A DNA stretch of 64,000 bases from Felis catus (lineage: Eukaryota). The translations under genes were made by a program, and so were the position numbers. Below the pieces are notes generated by a model. The model was given only the letters and a program-made list of their open reading frames with translations, was not told the DNA's origin and searched no databases. Shown here piece after piece: positions 1-11,462 of this stretch (position 1 is the first letter of the stretch; each line of letters opens with the position of its first letter). Location: the NCBI RefSeq assembly GCF_018350175.1, contig NC_058374.1, positions 138,818,001 through 138,882,000 on the forward strand, given 5' to 3'.

Positions 1-71
1 TCTCACGAACCTTGAGATCATGACCTGAGCCGAAATCAAAGAGTCGGACGCTTAACCAGCTGCGCGTCCCA
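1..71 (-). mobile_element. CAN-SINE (SINEC), partial at window edge
   Basis: gagatcatgacctgagccgaaatc..cggacgcttaacc is the reverse complement of the SINE head. Confidence 0.85.
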
Positions 72-142
72 CAAGTGATGACCTTTTGCACCGTCATCTT
101 GATGTCTGTGTGGGGGTGGCCCTGAGCATGTGGAGGGGCCCC

Positions 143-160
143 TGCACGCGCGCACACGTG

Positions 161-201
<41 letters not shown>
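143..201. repeat. (CG/CA)n-(CA)n microsatellite
   Basis: Seen directly. Confidence 0.95.
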
Positions 202-203
<2 letters not shown>

Positions 204-2107
204 AAGCTGCAGATGAGCTGTAGGATTGAAACCTGGGGATTAGGTTTATGTAAACCTCTGTTTTGGTTTTAAAGAGAATTTCTGAAAAACCATCTTGGTT
301 AAAGCTTATTTATCAGTAGGCAAAGGCCTTTTCCAGTTCGGGGTCCAAAAGCCACGTAGAAACACTGCCCTCCCGCCTTGTGCCCGTCTGTGGCCAGGCC
401 TTGCCTGGGACCCTGGCCTCGGGCTCTCCTCTCGGGCCGCTCCTGTGCTGGGCCCCAGGCCATACTGAGCCTTGGTGGGGGCTGCTCTGTGTGTGGGGTG
501 AGATGGACCCCCCAGCCCAGGGAGGGTCGGGGGCAGAGTGAGCCTGGCATCACACTTGGAACCTCCCGGGCCTCAGTGCCCTCTGGCCTCGGATGGGTTG
601 TGGATCAGAAAATTGGATTTTCAAAAAGCAATTCGGGCACATTCCACTCCAGCCTTGTTTGCCGATCATCGAGCATTAGCATAGGTTGTTCCGGAATGTT
701 TGAGTGAGTCCACGGGTGTTAGAAATCCAAGGCCCCTTTTTTCCGATTGAGGTCACACGGCTCTTGTTTCCCTGAGGTCACCCCGCTGGTGTCCCCCTTG
801 ACCGGGAGCTGCGGGTGGGACCGGGCGCCCCAACGTCTTAGGCTGCGATGTCCTGATGCCCGTCTCCCCGCTGCCCGCTGTCTCCTGTGTCCTGTGCACG
901 TAACAGGCACCGACAGCAGTCCAGGTCTGGTGGGACGAGTCGCCCGGAGTACCCACACCCGTGTCCTCCGGCCTCTCCCAGGGGGCGGCACGCAGCCCGT
1001 TACTGTTGAAATGGCTGTTTGTTTCTAGCAGGTGATCGTGTTAGAAAAGTCAGTTAGTGCCTGTGTAAACCGAGCCCAGGACCCCAGAAAGCGGCCACCG
1101 GCCACCCGGACCCCGGGCCCACCTGTGGCTCAGGCAGGGCTGTGTCATTCGCAGTGCATGCCTGGGCCCGGGCTCGGCAGGGCACATTTGTTAGCGCTTC
1201 TCAGGTGGGCTGCGGCTTCCGGAACCTCCAGGCTCACCAGAGACATCCTGGTGTTGAGGCCGTCACCCGTGCCTGGGAATGGAAGGCACTCCGTCAGGTC
1301 CTGGGCGCCTCTCCTGTTCCCAGTAAACCCCTGTCGGTGGGAGCTCTGGGCGTGGACGGCTGTTTGGGCCGCCCGGCCCCCTCCTCCCTGACCGTGGCTC
1401 CCTTCTCTGGGACTCCACCTCTGTCTCGTGTGTTCCTCACCCACTGCCTAGCGAGGCTGCAGGCCTCACCCACCCTGCTTGTCTCCCGTCCAGCTCGTCC
1501 CCTGCGCCTCCTGCTCCAGATTCCAGTCGCGGCTTTCAAGCCCGCAAACCAGGTCGGTTCACGGAAGTGTGGCGTGAAATCCCGTTATGTGAACAGAGCA
1601 GAAACCGCCCCCCATCCTTCCCCGAAGCTGAGGGTCTCCAGGCCTGGCATCTCTATCTTGAAAGAGTCCTCTGTGTTCCACCCCGCCCCCCAAGCCCCTG
1701 CTGAGTTCTGCCTGGGGCTCCACCCTCCCCACATCCTGGGGTCCCTGCTGGCCTGGGAGCCACAGGAACAGTGCGTTGCAGCCCGGCCAAAGCACCCCCC
1801 CGGGGGCTGGGGGCTGGGGGCTGGGCCAGCTCCATCAGGCCCTTTGGCTGAAAGGTCAGTGGTCAGGGTCTGGCAGGTGGACAGAACTCCAGGCGAGGGC
1901 TCTGAGGCCGGGGGACTGCCGTGATCCGTTGTGGCTGGGCCGCAGGGGCAGGAAGCCAGGCAGGTGGCTGGCACGGGCATCACCCAGCCTGTGGCCTTGC
2001 ACGGGGCTTGCTGAGTGCGTGCATTGATAAGTGTCTTTTCATTAGCATGCTAGTTAATTAGCGTAAGGGGTATTTATTCGGAACTTAATAAAGAAACAGA
2101 TGTGTTA

Positions 2108-2292
2108 GGAGCGCCTGGGTGGCTCAGTCGGTTGAGTGTCTGACCCTTCGGCTCAGCTCAGGATCTCACGGTCCAAGCCCCACATGGGGCTGTGCCGAGG
2201 GCGGAGCCTGCTTGGGATTCTGTCTCTCCCCCTCTCTGCCCCCCCCCCACACTTGCTCTCTCTCAAAATAAACAAATGAACTTAAAAAAAAG
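2108..2292 (+). mobile_element. CAN-SINE (SINEC)
   Basis: GCGCCTGGGTGGCTCAGTCGGTT head, CT tract, A tail, TSD cagatgtgtta. Confidence 0.93.
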
Positions 2293-2560
2293 CAGATGTG
2301 TTAATAGGAGAGGAAAGGGTTGCATGTTTATTAGCGATTACTCGGTTATTAAAAAAACAGCAAAAAAAGCGTGTCCGTCACGAACGCGACTCTGTGAGGC
2401 CCGGACGCCGTCACGACGTCTGAGCCGTCAGGTCCCAGTGGAGCCCAGCTGCTTGGAAGGAACGCTCGAGTGCGGTGGGCTCCCTGAGTGCCAGGACTTT
2501 GCAGAGCCCGGGCTCGCTTGGAACTAACAGGACTCTTGCCCCTTCTCCCCTCCCTTTAAG

Positions 2561-2622
2561 AACCGAGGAGCAGACGGCTCAGCAGCCTCCGAAGGGGCAG
2601 GCCCAGGTCAATAACGGAGCAG
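2561..2622 (+). CDS. GRAMD4: GRAMD4 coding exon (62 nt; RTEEQTAQQPPKGQAQVNNGA)
   Basis: ccctttaag| acceptor, |gtaggg donor, peptide match. Confidence 0.93.
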
Positions 2623-4471
2623 GTAGGGCCCCCGTGGGCGGCCGGGCCGGGGTGGGGTGGGGTGGGGGTCGGGCCTGTTCCTGGGCACACCTGCCCACGC
2701 GGGGTCTCCTTGCGTCGGGCCCCCGTGGGCGGCTGCGGTTGTGAGCTGGCGAGCGGTCACAGCAAATGAGATGTGATTTCATTTTTCTGTAAGGATGCCG
2801 CGCGGCACCCGCTCCAGCCCTTCCTGACTGAGAAGTAGTGTCGTCCTCACACTGGCCTCTCGGCCACTGACCTGGGGGCCCCTCCCTGGGTCAGGACACA
2901 CAAGCCTCTTCTCTGCACCCCCCCCCACCCCCCGCCGAGCCCTGTTCTTTATCTCGCTCTGCCCTTTGTCCTTCCTAACGATGTCCTGGGAGGAAACGGG
3001 ACTTTCTGTCCAGCTGTCTAGGGATCTGACCCGGGGTGGGCCTGGCCCTCCCATCTCCTGACGTAGGACACGTTCCCACAGGCTGACCACTCGTGAGCAC
3101 CCCCTCTGTGCTGGGAGCTCAGAGTCACGCTGGCAGGGCCTCGGGCTCAGGCCTGTCTCCCATACAGCTCAGGAAACCGAGACCCGGGAGGGAAAGCCTC
3201 TTCAAGGGGCACCCGCCACGTGGAGGCCCAGACAGGTCCTGTCTTCCAGCGGGGACGTGCAGGTAGGCCGGTCCAGGTACAGGGCCGGCTGCTGTGCCCC
3301 TTGGGTCACCGTCTCCCCGGGCCCCTCCACGCTCAAGACCCGGGTTCCAAGCCAGGAGCGGCAGGAGAGACCCCGAGGTCCCGGCTGTGCACCGTGATTG
3401 ATGAGTCCCCTGCACGCGTGGGGAGTGTCAGAGAAGTGAAGGGCGGAAAGACCCCGACGCTCTGGGTCCCCAGCCGAGGTCCACTCGGTAGCCCTCGTCA
3501 CCGGTGCGGTGTGTGGGCAGAGGGAGGGACAGTGGGAGGAGGGGACAGGTGCTCTGCGTGGTGCCCCCCGCCCCGCAGCCAGCACGGAGGGGTGAGCAGC
3601 GCCCGAAGCCTGTCCAGGCCACAGGCCCGACGTAGACCTGGGGGTTGGCATACCGGAGCCCCCTGTCTGACTTCACAGTTTAAAAAAAAAGGTTTCTGCA
3701 TTTTTAAACGGCTGGGAAAGAATGAAAGGAACGTGGATTTCACAATTGAGCGTCCATAGTGTGGTTTCATGGGGACGCAGGCGGTCCCATCGGGTCACGT
3801 ACTGTCCGTGGCTGCTGTCCAGCCGTCCAGGTGGCTGTAGCATTCACTGCTTCGCCCACCTCTGCGTGTGCTGAGCACAGTCCCGCTCCAGGGAGGGGTG
3901 AGAGGCCCCCAGACGCTCCCCGTTCCTTTCCTCTCCGAGACCTCTGTTCCCTGTGCCTGGGCGGCCTCTGTGTGCAGACCTGGCCCGGTAGAGTGTCACA
4001 CGGGACCACGTCCCTGCCCTCCCTCTCCTTAATTGTGGCGGGACAGCGCCCCCTGCGGGTGACTCTGTGCGGAGCACTCAGGGTGCGTGGTTTCCTCCGG
4101 GTTTTCTGAATCTGTGAGGTGGGTCCCCTTCTGAAGGTCTTGGTCATGGGGGGCAAAGGCCACGTCCTTCACTGGGGCCCCCACCAGGACACAACCCCTG
4201 GGCGCACACGTTCCCTGGCCGTCCCTCAGGTCCACGGGGTCCCAGGGGGTGAGCCCCCAGCCAGAGAGAGAAAGGGAGGGCGACCCCGTCCCCGGGGGCG
4301 GGCCGTCTGCTGGGGCTGCAGCTGCTCCCCGGGAGGGGGGTGTGACAACAGAGACGCCACGGGGTCCGCGGTGGCCGTGTCGGGCCTCGTGGCGGGAGCG
4401 GGTCAGGCTCGGCGTCAGGGTGTCCACGCCCCACTGTATCCGTGTTCCTCACCGGGAGCCCCTCCCCGCAG

Positions 4472-4604
4472 ACCGGCGGAGCCAGGGGCTGTGCCCCCGT
4501 GTCCAGAAGTGGTTCTACGAGAAGTTTGGGGAGTACGTGGAGGACTTCCGGTTCCAGCCCGAGGAGAGCACGGTGGAGACGGAGGAGCCCCTCAGCGCCC
4601 GGAG
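4472..4604 (+). CDS. GRAMD4: GRAMD4 coding exon (133 nt; DRRSQGLCPRVQKWFYEKFGEYVEDFRFQPEESTVETEEPLSAR)
   Basis: ccccgcag| and |gtgggg; peptide match. Confidence 0.95.
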
Positions 4605-5034
4605 GTGGGGGCCCTTGGGGGGGAGGGGCCCTCGGGGGAGCCGGGCCAGCGCCTCGGGCGAGGCGACAAAGTGGCTGATGCCAGGGCTGGTCCCGGGGCA
4701 CGGCCACATGCCCTTCCCCAGGGAGCATGGGCGGGAGCAGGGTCACGTGACAGGCAGCCCCCTCCCCCCCCCCCCCAGCTCAACACTCTGGTCTTCGTGA
4801 CAATGGTGTGTGGGGACCATCGTCTCGGGGACTCGGGTTCTGGGACGCGGGCAGGAGACGAGGGGCAGCACCGTAGGTGAGACCCCCCCCCAAGTTAGTG
4901 ATCAGCAGTGAGCTGCACCTGGTGTGGGCCCCGCGTCCCAGGTCATGCTGTGCTCCCCGCGTGGCAGTGGAACATGGCGGTGGGGACGCGGCTGTGCAGG
5001 TGCTGGCACTCACCTCTCTCTCCCTCCCTCGTAG

Positions 5035-5060
5035 GTTGACGGAAAACATGAGGCGACTAA
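5035..5060 (+). CDS. GRAMD4: GRAMD4 26-nt micro-exon (RLTENMRRL)
   Basis: Pyrimidine tract then cgtag|, |gtgagt; needed to keep frame. Confidence 0.93.
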
Positions 5061-5609
5061 GTGAGTACCTAGCACGGCCGTGTGGGGCCAGGGGAGCGGG
5101 GCCTCGGGGCTGAACTGGACGTCTTTCCAGAAAGATGTTCCTGGAGGTTCCTTAGGAACAAGGCTCCCGTCAGCAGCATGTCCGGTACCCCCCCCCCCCG
5201 GCCCCCCCACCCGCCATCCATCTGGAGCAGGACAGGATGAGGCCAGCTCTGCCCGTCCCCAAGCTGGGCCTGGACGTGTCCCTCTAGGCCTGGAAGCCCC
5301 AGTGGAAAGCGGTGCTTCTCCAAGTATTGGCCAGGCCCCGGGCGATGACAGGCATCCCCCCCCCCAGCCCCGGCTCCCCCTTTCTCCCGTGTGTGGCACA
5401 GGCGTGGGGGGGGGAGCGGCCAGCTGGTGGCTTGCGCAGGGATGGTGCGCGGTGGGTGGCACCGGGGTGGCTGGGAGAGGCCAGCTGGCGGTCAGGCGCC
5501 CCAGGAATCCAGGTTGTTCGGGGCCCCCTGCGCTCATGCCCCTTGCGCTGCTGGCTGCCCCCCGGGGTGTGCCTGAGTGCCGGCCTCACCGCGGTCGTTC
5601 TGTCCCCAG

Positions 5610-5701
5610 AGCGTGGTGCCAAACCCGTCACCAGCTTCGTGAAGAACCTCTCTGCCTTATCGGACTGGTACTCCGTCTACACGTCCGCCATCGCCTTCAC
5701 C
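5610..5701 (+). CDS. GRAMD4: GRAMD4 coding exon (92 nt; KRGAKPVTSFVKNLSALSDWYSVYTSAIAFT)
   Basis: tccccag| and |gtgagt. Confidence 0.95.
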
Positions 5702-6954
5702 GTGAGTCCCCCGGGGTCAGAGACGGTCTGCCAGCCCCCCCCCCCCCGGTCGGCCAGCGCGGTCTCCCAGCTGTCCCCAGGGACGCACTGCCCCTTAGCC
5801 GCTCTGGCTGTGCAGTGGGGACTGTGCTGCTACCCGGCCCTGGGTTGTCTTGAGGGCGTTGTGGGGGAGGGGGGAGCCCCAGACAACCCCCTGGGGCAGC
5901 GCCTCAGGAACAGGCCTCTGTCCACACCTCCGTCTGCTCTCCTGGGCGAGTCGGGGAGAGGCTGGTGAGGAGGCTTGTCTGCCCAGGGGCGACCGAGCTC
6001 CCTCCCACTGGGCACCTGGGGCTGGGGGAGGCTCCCGGCCTGGGGGCCCAGCTGGGCCTCTGCGAGCCCAGTCCTGGGGAAGGGGTGGGAGAGCAGCAGG
6101 CCGGCATCGTGGCCTGCTCTGGCAAAGGGGACTCGGTCCCCCGGCCCGAATCGTCCTGCCGTAGCTGGCCCCAGCCCCGTGCAAGGAGACCCTCCCATCA
6201 CTGGCAGGGGGACACAGGCCACCCGTCTGCCTGCCAGGCACCGTGGCCAGAGAGGGGCAGCCTCATCTCTGCATTTTGGAAGGTTCTGAGGCTGCCCTAA
6301 AGCCCACAGCCCGGTGCCAGCCCCGGGGGGAGAAGGGCATTTTGCTCCTTTACAGAGACTAGGACTCGGACGCGGGGCCCCGGCCCCGCCTTCATCCCAG
6401 AGGCTCCCCCTTTACAGGCCCTTTGCCCCACGAGGCCTTTGATAGTGGTCCTGCCTGTGTGTTATCACCAAGAGACGTGCCCGCCATTCAGGCCCTCCTT
6501 CCTGGCCTCCTGGGCCTGAAACCCCCCGCGCTCCACTCTCTGCCCTGTCTGAACGTCTGTTGTGTGCCAGGCACATGGCACGTCGTGGGCTCTCAGCCAG
6601 CGGTCGGCCACCTCGCCTGGCCGTGCTGAGTCCTAGCGGGGCTTCGAGCTCTTCCCGGGGGAGCCGCGCCTGGGGCCGGCAGGGGCCCGTGCCCATCCCG
6701 GGCCACGTCCGGTAGCTGCCTCCCCGGGGCGCCCCCTCCCTGCACACCCAGAGCGGCCCTTGGTGCCACCCCTGGGAACCCCTGCTGAGAAAGCAGCTCT
6801 TCCCGGGGCCTCCCCGTCACGCACTCCCTCCTTTGGAGAGCCTCTGGGGGCCTGGGCGCCCACCTCCCATCGTGGCCTGGCGGGGCGGGGGGTCGGGGGG
6901 AAGGAGGAGGGGGTGGCCTGTCCGGGTGCCTGACCGTCTCCCTCCTACCCGCAG

Positions 6955-7046
6955 GTGTACATGAATGCCGTGTGGCATGGCTGGGCCATCCCCATGTTCT
7001 TATTTCTAGCAATTCTGAGGTTATCCCTCAATTACCTCATAGCCAG
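6955..7046 (+). CDS. GRAMD4: GRAMD4 coding exon (92 nt; VYMNAVWHGWAIPMFLFLAILRLSLNYLIA), hydrophobic segment
   Basis: cccgcag| and |gtgagc; translated manually (absent from ORF track). Confidence 0.95.
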
Positions 7047-7950
7047 GTGAGCGTGCTGGTTTGCCCTGAGCCGGGGCCGCCTCGCACACAGGTGTCTGGG
7101 GGTAGTCCTGTGATGGGCGGGGCTCCCGAGCCCCCAGGAGGATGCCCGCCCCCACCCGGCTCGCTGGAGCCAGCGGCGGGTGATCTTCGAGCTCCCCGGC
7201 GGCTCTTCCGGAAGGCCGGCGGGTGCCCGCGGGGTCCCTGCAGCTGCCCCCGCTCAGTGATGGTAGCCCAGGGGCCTTGACGGGGCTGCAGAGTCTTTGT
7301 GCCCTGGGGGAGGGGGGGGGTCCTGGCATTCAGAGTGAGGGTCCTTGCAGTCGCCAGCCCCAAGCAACATGCTCCGTCTTTCCTTCGCGCCCTTGTGAGC
7401 ACCTTCTGGGGGCTCGGTCGGGATGCCCCCCGTCCCCAGGCTGCCTGGTGTGTCTGAACATGCGGTTGCCCCAGCAGTGAACGTTCCTCCAGAGGAGAGC
7501 CCCCGTGTTCCAGATTTGTACGCAGCCGTTCAAAAGTTCACACTTCTGCATACGAGTGTTCCTAGCTGCATCTCGGTGCCTGCTTGAGTTGGTTCATTTG
7601 AAAATGTTTTTTGTAGGGAAGCAGATCTTTACGTACTCGTGAGGGCGTCCTCTGTGCCCAGGCGAGGCATGGTCAGCTAAAGTACTTGCTGTCACTGCTG
7701 TGGTGACTTACTTTGAAAGACCTGTCGCTTCTGGGCCCCCGGGGGAGGGGCCGGTGAGGGTGACCTTGAATTGTCCATTCTCAAGAGCCAGGGGGCAGCC
7801 CTGGTGGGCACGGCAGCAGACGGCAGAGGGTCTCCGCAGCCTCTTCTGTCCCACACTCCTTCCCGGTCGGGAGCACAGGGCTGGGGATCTGAGGTCCTCC
7901 CTCTAACGGCACCAGCTGTTAAAGGCCGGTGATTGTCTCCTCTTGACCAG

Positions 7951-7999
7951 GGGCTGGAGGATACAGTGGAGCATCGTGCCTGAAGTGTCTGAGCCCGTG
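7951..7999 (+). CDS. GRAMD4: GRAMD4 coding exon (49 nt; GWRIQWSIVPEVSEPV)
   Basis: ttgaccag| and |gtaagt. Confidence 0.94.
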
Positions 8000-8347
8000 G
8001 TAAGTCCTGGGAGGGCAAAGGTCTCGGTCTCCACCCGGTCAGGCCTCGACCCGTTGGCAGCGTGGGTTCCCTGAGGCCTCCAGCAGCAGCTGTGCGGATG
8101 CCCTGGGGAGCCCTGCCTGGCAAGTCAAGGTCAGGTAGCGGAAAGCCAGCATCCCCCGGGCACAGAGCGCTGGACGGCCACACTATGACCCCTTGCCGGC
8201 CGACACCCCAAGTGCCCCTTGCTGGCCCAGGCTTGGCGGCAGGGGAACCAGGCCTGTCCTGACCCTTCCCAGCTGGGATGTGATCCGCTAGAGGGAGGTA
8301 TGAAGGGGGCTGTCACGGTGTCTCCCTGGACCAGTGGACGTGTAGAG

Positions 8348-8549
8348 CAGGGATCAGCAAGCTCATGGCCCTCCATCTGATTTTATAAATAAAGCTTTAT
8401 TGGCACGTAGCCATCCCCTTTCATGTACACGCTGCTGCGGATGCTTTGGGGCAGCAACGGCCGGGTTTAGTAGCTGTGGCAGGGACCGCATGGCCCACGG
8501 AGCTACAGGTGTTTATTCTCTGGCCCGTTACAGAAAGTTCGCTGACCTG
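8348..8549 (+). mobile_element. MER58A-like hAT-Charlie MITE
   Basis: caggg..cagcaa / gctgacctg termini; internal taaataaagctttattgg and tctggcccgttacagaaa resemble the recalled MER58A consensus. Confidence 0.8.
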
Positions 8550-9025
8550 CTCCAGAGGGAGACTCTGGCCGTGGGGTGGAGCTGCAGGCATGGGCGGGAG
8601 CTGGCAGTAGGGGTGCTGGGTGCAGTGGTGCCACAGGGGTCAGGGCTCGGGGAGGGAGTCTCGGGGGCAGCAGGCCTGTGCCTTCTGGGCCCCGGTGCCC
8701 AGGACGCCCTTGGGAGGCTCTGGTTGAATGAGCTCAGACGAACAGGATGTCAGCCCCCCCCCCCCCGCCTCAGTTTCCCTTACTGCAAAGTGAGGGGCAG
8801 AAGGCTCTGTGCACGTTTGAAGACGACCCGTCAAGGTGCGATCCCTGCTGCTGCCCACCGTCCTCCCGGGCACCAGAGTGGTGTCTGCCAGGCCAGCCAG
8901 CCCATGCTGTGCGGGGGCAGCAGAGCGACCCTGTTCCCGGGGCTGGTAGGCCCCTGTGCTGTTCTTGTGACTCATTCCTCTGAGCTGCTCAGTTTCGGAG
9001 GAAATTCTCTCCCGTCTGGCTGCAG

Positions 9026-9097
9026 GAGCCTCCAAAGGAGGACCTGACTGTGTCTGAGAAGTTCCAGCTCGTCCTGGATGTCGCCCAGAAAGCCCAG
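9026..9097 (+). CDS. GRAMD4: GRAMD4 coding exon (72 nt; EPPKEDLTVSEKFQLVLDVAQKAQ)
   Basis: ctgcag| and |gtactt. Confidence 0.95.
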
Positions 9098-9542
9098 GTA
9101 CTTCCCCCTCTCGGGGTCCGGTCTGGGGGCGCCTCTGTGCCAGCGTCGCCCAGCGGGGGCCCCCAACGCCCCAGGCCTGGCTTGTCTGTTGTCAGTGGAC
9201 CTGCCGTCAGCCTGCCCTTTGGCCCTGAGGCAGCACCCGAGACAACCCTGGTTGGAGGGAGGGCCCTCCCGGTCGAGGCTGTCGGCTGGCACCCCCTGGA
9301 GGGTGGAGCCCCTGCCCGCCGGGCCGAGCTGTCTCCAGGAGGGGCGTGGCCCGGGACATCCGTGTCAGTGCGTCAGCCTGGGCTTTGCACCGGACCCGCC
9401 CCCCGTCTTCGGCCTGCGAGTGGCTGTGTCACCCGGCCATGGCCACACGGGGGCTGGACCTCTCTGGCCGGCCCGTGAACCCGGCCCTCCTGACGTGGCC
9501 GTGTGGACGGGGACCTGTTGTGATTGTGGCTTCTCCGCACAG

Positions 9543-9586
9543 AACCTCTTTGGCAAGATGGCCGACATCCTGGAAAAGATCAAGAA
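9543..9586 (+). CDS. GRAMD4: GRAMD4 coding exon (44 nt; NLFGKMADILEKIK)
   Basis: ccgcacag| and |gtgagt. Confidence 0.95.
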
Positions 9587-9661
9587 GTGAGTGATGGGCC
9601 CCCAGCCCGCGGCCTCGGGGGTGTGGCCCGCCCCCCGGCTGAGCCCCGCTCTCCCTTCCAG

Positions 9662-9771
9662 CCTGTTCATGTGGGTCCAGCCTGAGATCACGCAGAAGCT
9701 GTACGTCGCTCTGTGGGCCGCCTTCCTCGCCTCCTGCTTCTTCCCCTACCGCCTGGTGGGACTGGCCCTGG
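9662..9771 (+). CDS. GRAMD4: GRAMD4 coding exon (110 nt; LFMWVQPEITQKLYVALWAAFLASCFFPYRLVGLAL)
   Basis: cccttccag| and |gtaagg. Confidence 0.95.
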
Positions 9772-11307
9772 GTAAGGAGGCGCCTCGTCCCGGGTCGGGG
9801 GTGAGTGTGGCACAGGGTGCCCGGGCTGCTTCCCACCAGAGCACGTGCCACGTGCCTCCCGGAGGCCAGCTGTTCGCGCTCACTGGCTCTACTCCCTCTG
9901 GGCTTCATCCGATGGCTTCTCATGAGGTGTTTACGCTCGGGAGACATGAGGCCCATCGCACCCTAGACACGTGGCGGTTGTTTCTTAAATCAAGCTCACG
10001 CTCTACTCCCGAGGAGCTGGTAGACCCGAAGGCCCACAGGGGCCGCGCGGGGTCAGGCCGAGGGAAGAGAGACATAGGGCTGGGGCAGGGGGGTGTCGTG
10101 GGGAGCGCTGGCCTCCGTCCTGTGCGGGGCGGAGGCTCGGGCAGAGGGTGAGGTTTCGGAGGTTTGTTTTGTGCGGGTCCAGAACAGCCCTTGGCCGGGG
10201 TGGAGCGGGGAGAGCACTGAGGGGCATGGGGCAGGCGGGAGGGCCGGGCCTGTGGGGTCTTGGGCTGTGGTGGGACCTGTGGATGGACGGGATGGTCAGG
10301 GCGGGGTCGGGGTTTGTGCCAAACTGCTGGGCAGGTGATATTGCTGTAGTGAGGCACGAGGGATTGGGGGGGAGATGGGGGGGGGCAGCTGGAGGTGGGG
10401 CGTTGAGGGTTTTAATTCCAGGGCGGGGCGTGTGCAGAATCCAGGCCACAGATCTGGATGTGCAGGACATGGCCTTTGTCCGTATTTCAAACCGTGGGGT
10501 CGCAGGAGGACTTGAACCCCTCATGGGTTCACTGGGACCCCTGCCCCCGGCCTCTGCAGGGCAGGGAGGAAGGTGTGGGTGGGTGCGGAGGCTGAGGCCG
10601 AGGCCATGGTCCTGAGGCTGCCCCTGGCCAGACCCTGACTCCTGACCTGTCTCGGGCCTTAGGGTCCCTGGCCTGGAGTGGGCACCGGCCCGGCTGCAGT
10701 GCATGGGTGGGGCTGGGTCCGAGCGGGGGCGTCGAGCGCAGCGGCCACGTGGTTCGGGGGGTCTCACGGAATGGGGGCCGTCCCCACCTGCCCGCGGCCC
10801 CCCAGCATGCCGCCGCAGCCCTGCTCTTTGGTTGGCGCTCTCCCCGCAGGCCTTGCCAGGAAAGCCAGGGCTGGCAGACGGCGTGGCCTTGGGGGAAGTG
10901 ACTGGCACCAGCAAAAGTAGAATGCCCTCGGTGCCGTCTCTCAGGGGCCTGGGCCGGGGTGCGAACCCTCTGACCCCGAGTGGGAGCGGGCCCACCGGGT
11001 CAGAGGGCGGCAGGCCGGAGTGGGTCCCTTCATGTCATTCTCGGGGCTCGTAACTTGCTTGGGAGCTGGGTTGATTGGCGGCAGCCCGAGCGGACCCCCC
11101 TTCGGCTGGGGTCTCCTGGCCCTCTTGCTTCTCCTGCCCTGCGCCAGCCCCCCCCCCCCGCCCCCAGGTTCTGCGAGGCCGTCCGTGTGCCCTGGCGCTC
11201 TGTCCTCCGCGGGCCGGGGCGCGGGGCCACCGTGCCGAGGGGACGGACGTGGCCACGGTCCTGGTCCCGGGTGGGATGGGGATGGGACCGTGTCTTCCCG
11301 TCCCCAG

Positions 11308-11462
11308 GACTCTACGCCGGAATCAAGTTTTTCCTCATCGATTTTATCTTCAAACGCTGCCCGAGACTGCGAGCCAAATACGACACCCCCTACATCATCT
11401 GGAGGAGCCTGCCCACCGACCCGCAGCTCAAGGAGCGTTCCAACGCCGCCGTGTCTCGCCGG
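11308..11462 (+). CDS. GRAMD4: GRAMD4 coding exon (155 nt; GLYAGIKFFLIDFIFKRCPRLRAKYDTPYIIWRSLPTDPQLKERSNAAVSRR)
   Basis: tccccag| and |gtaggc. Confidence 0.95.
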
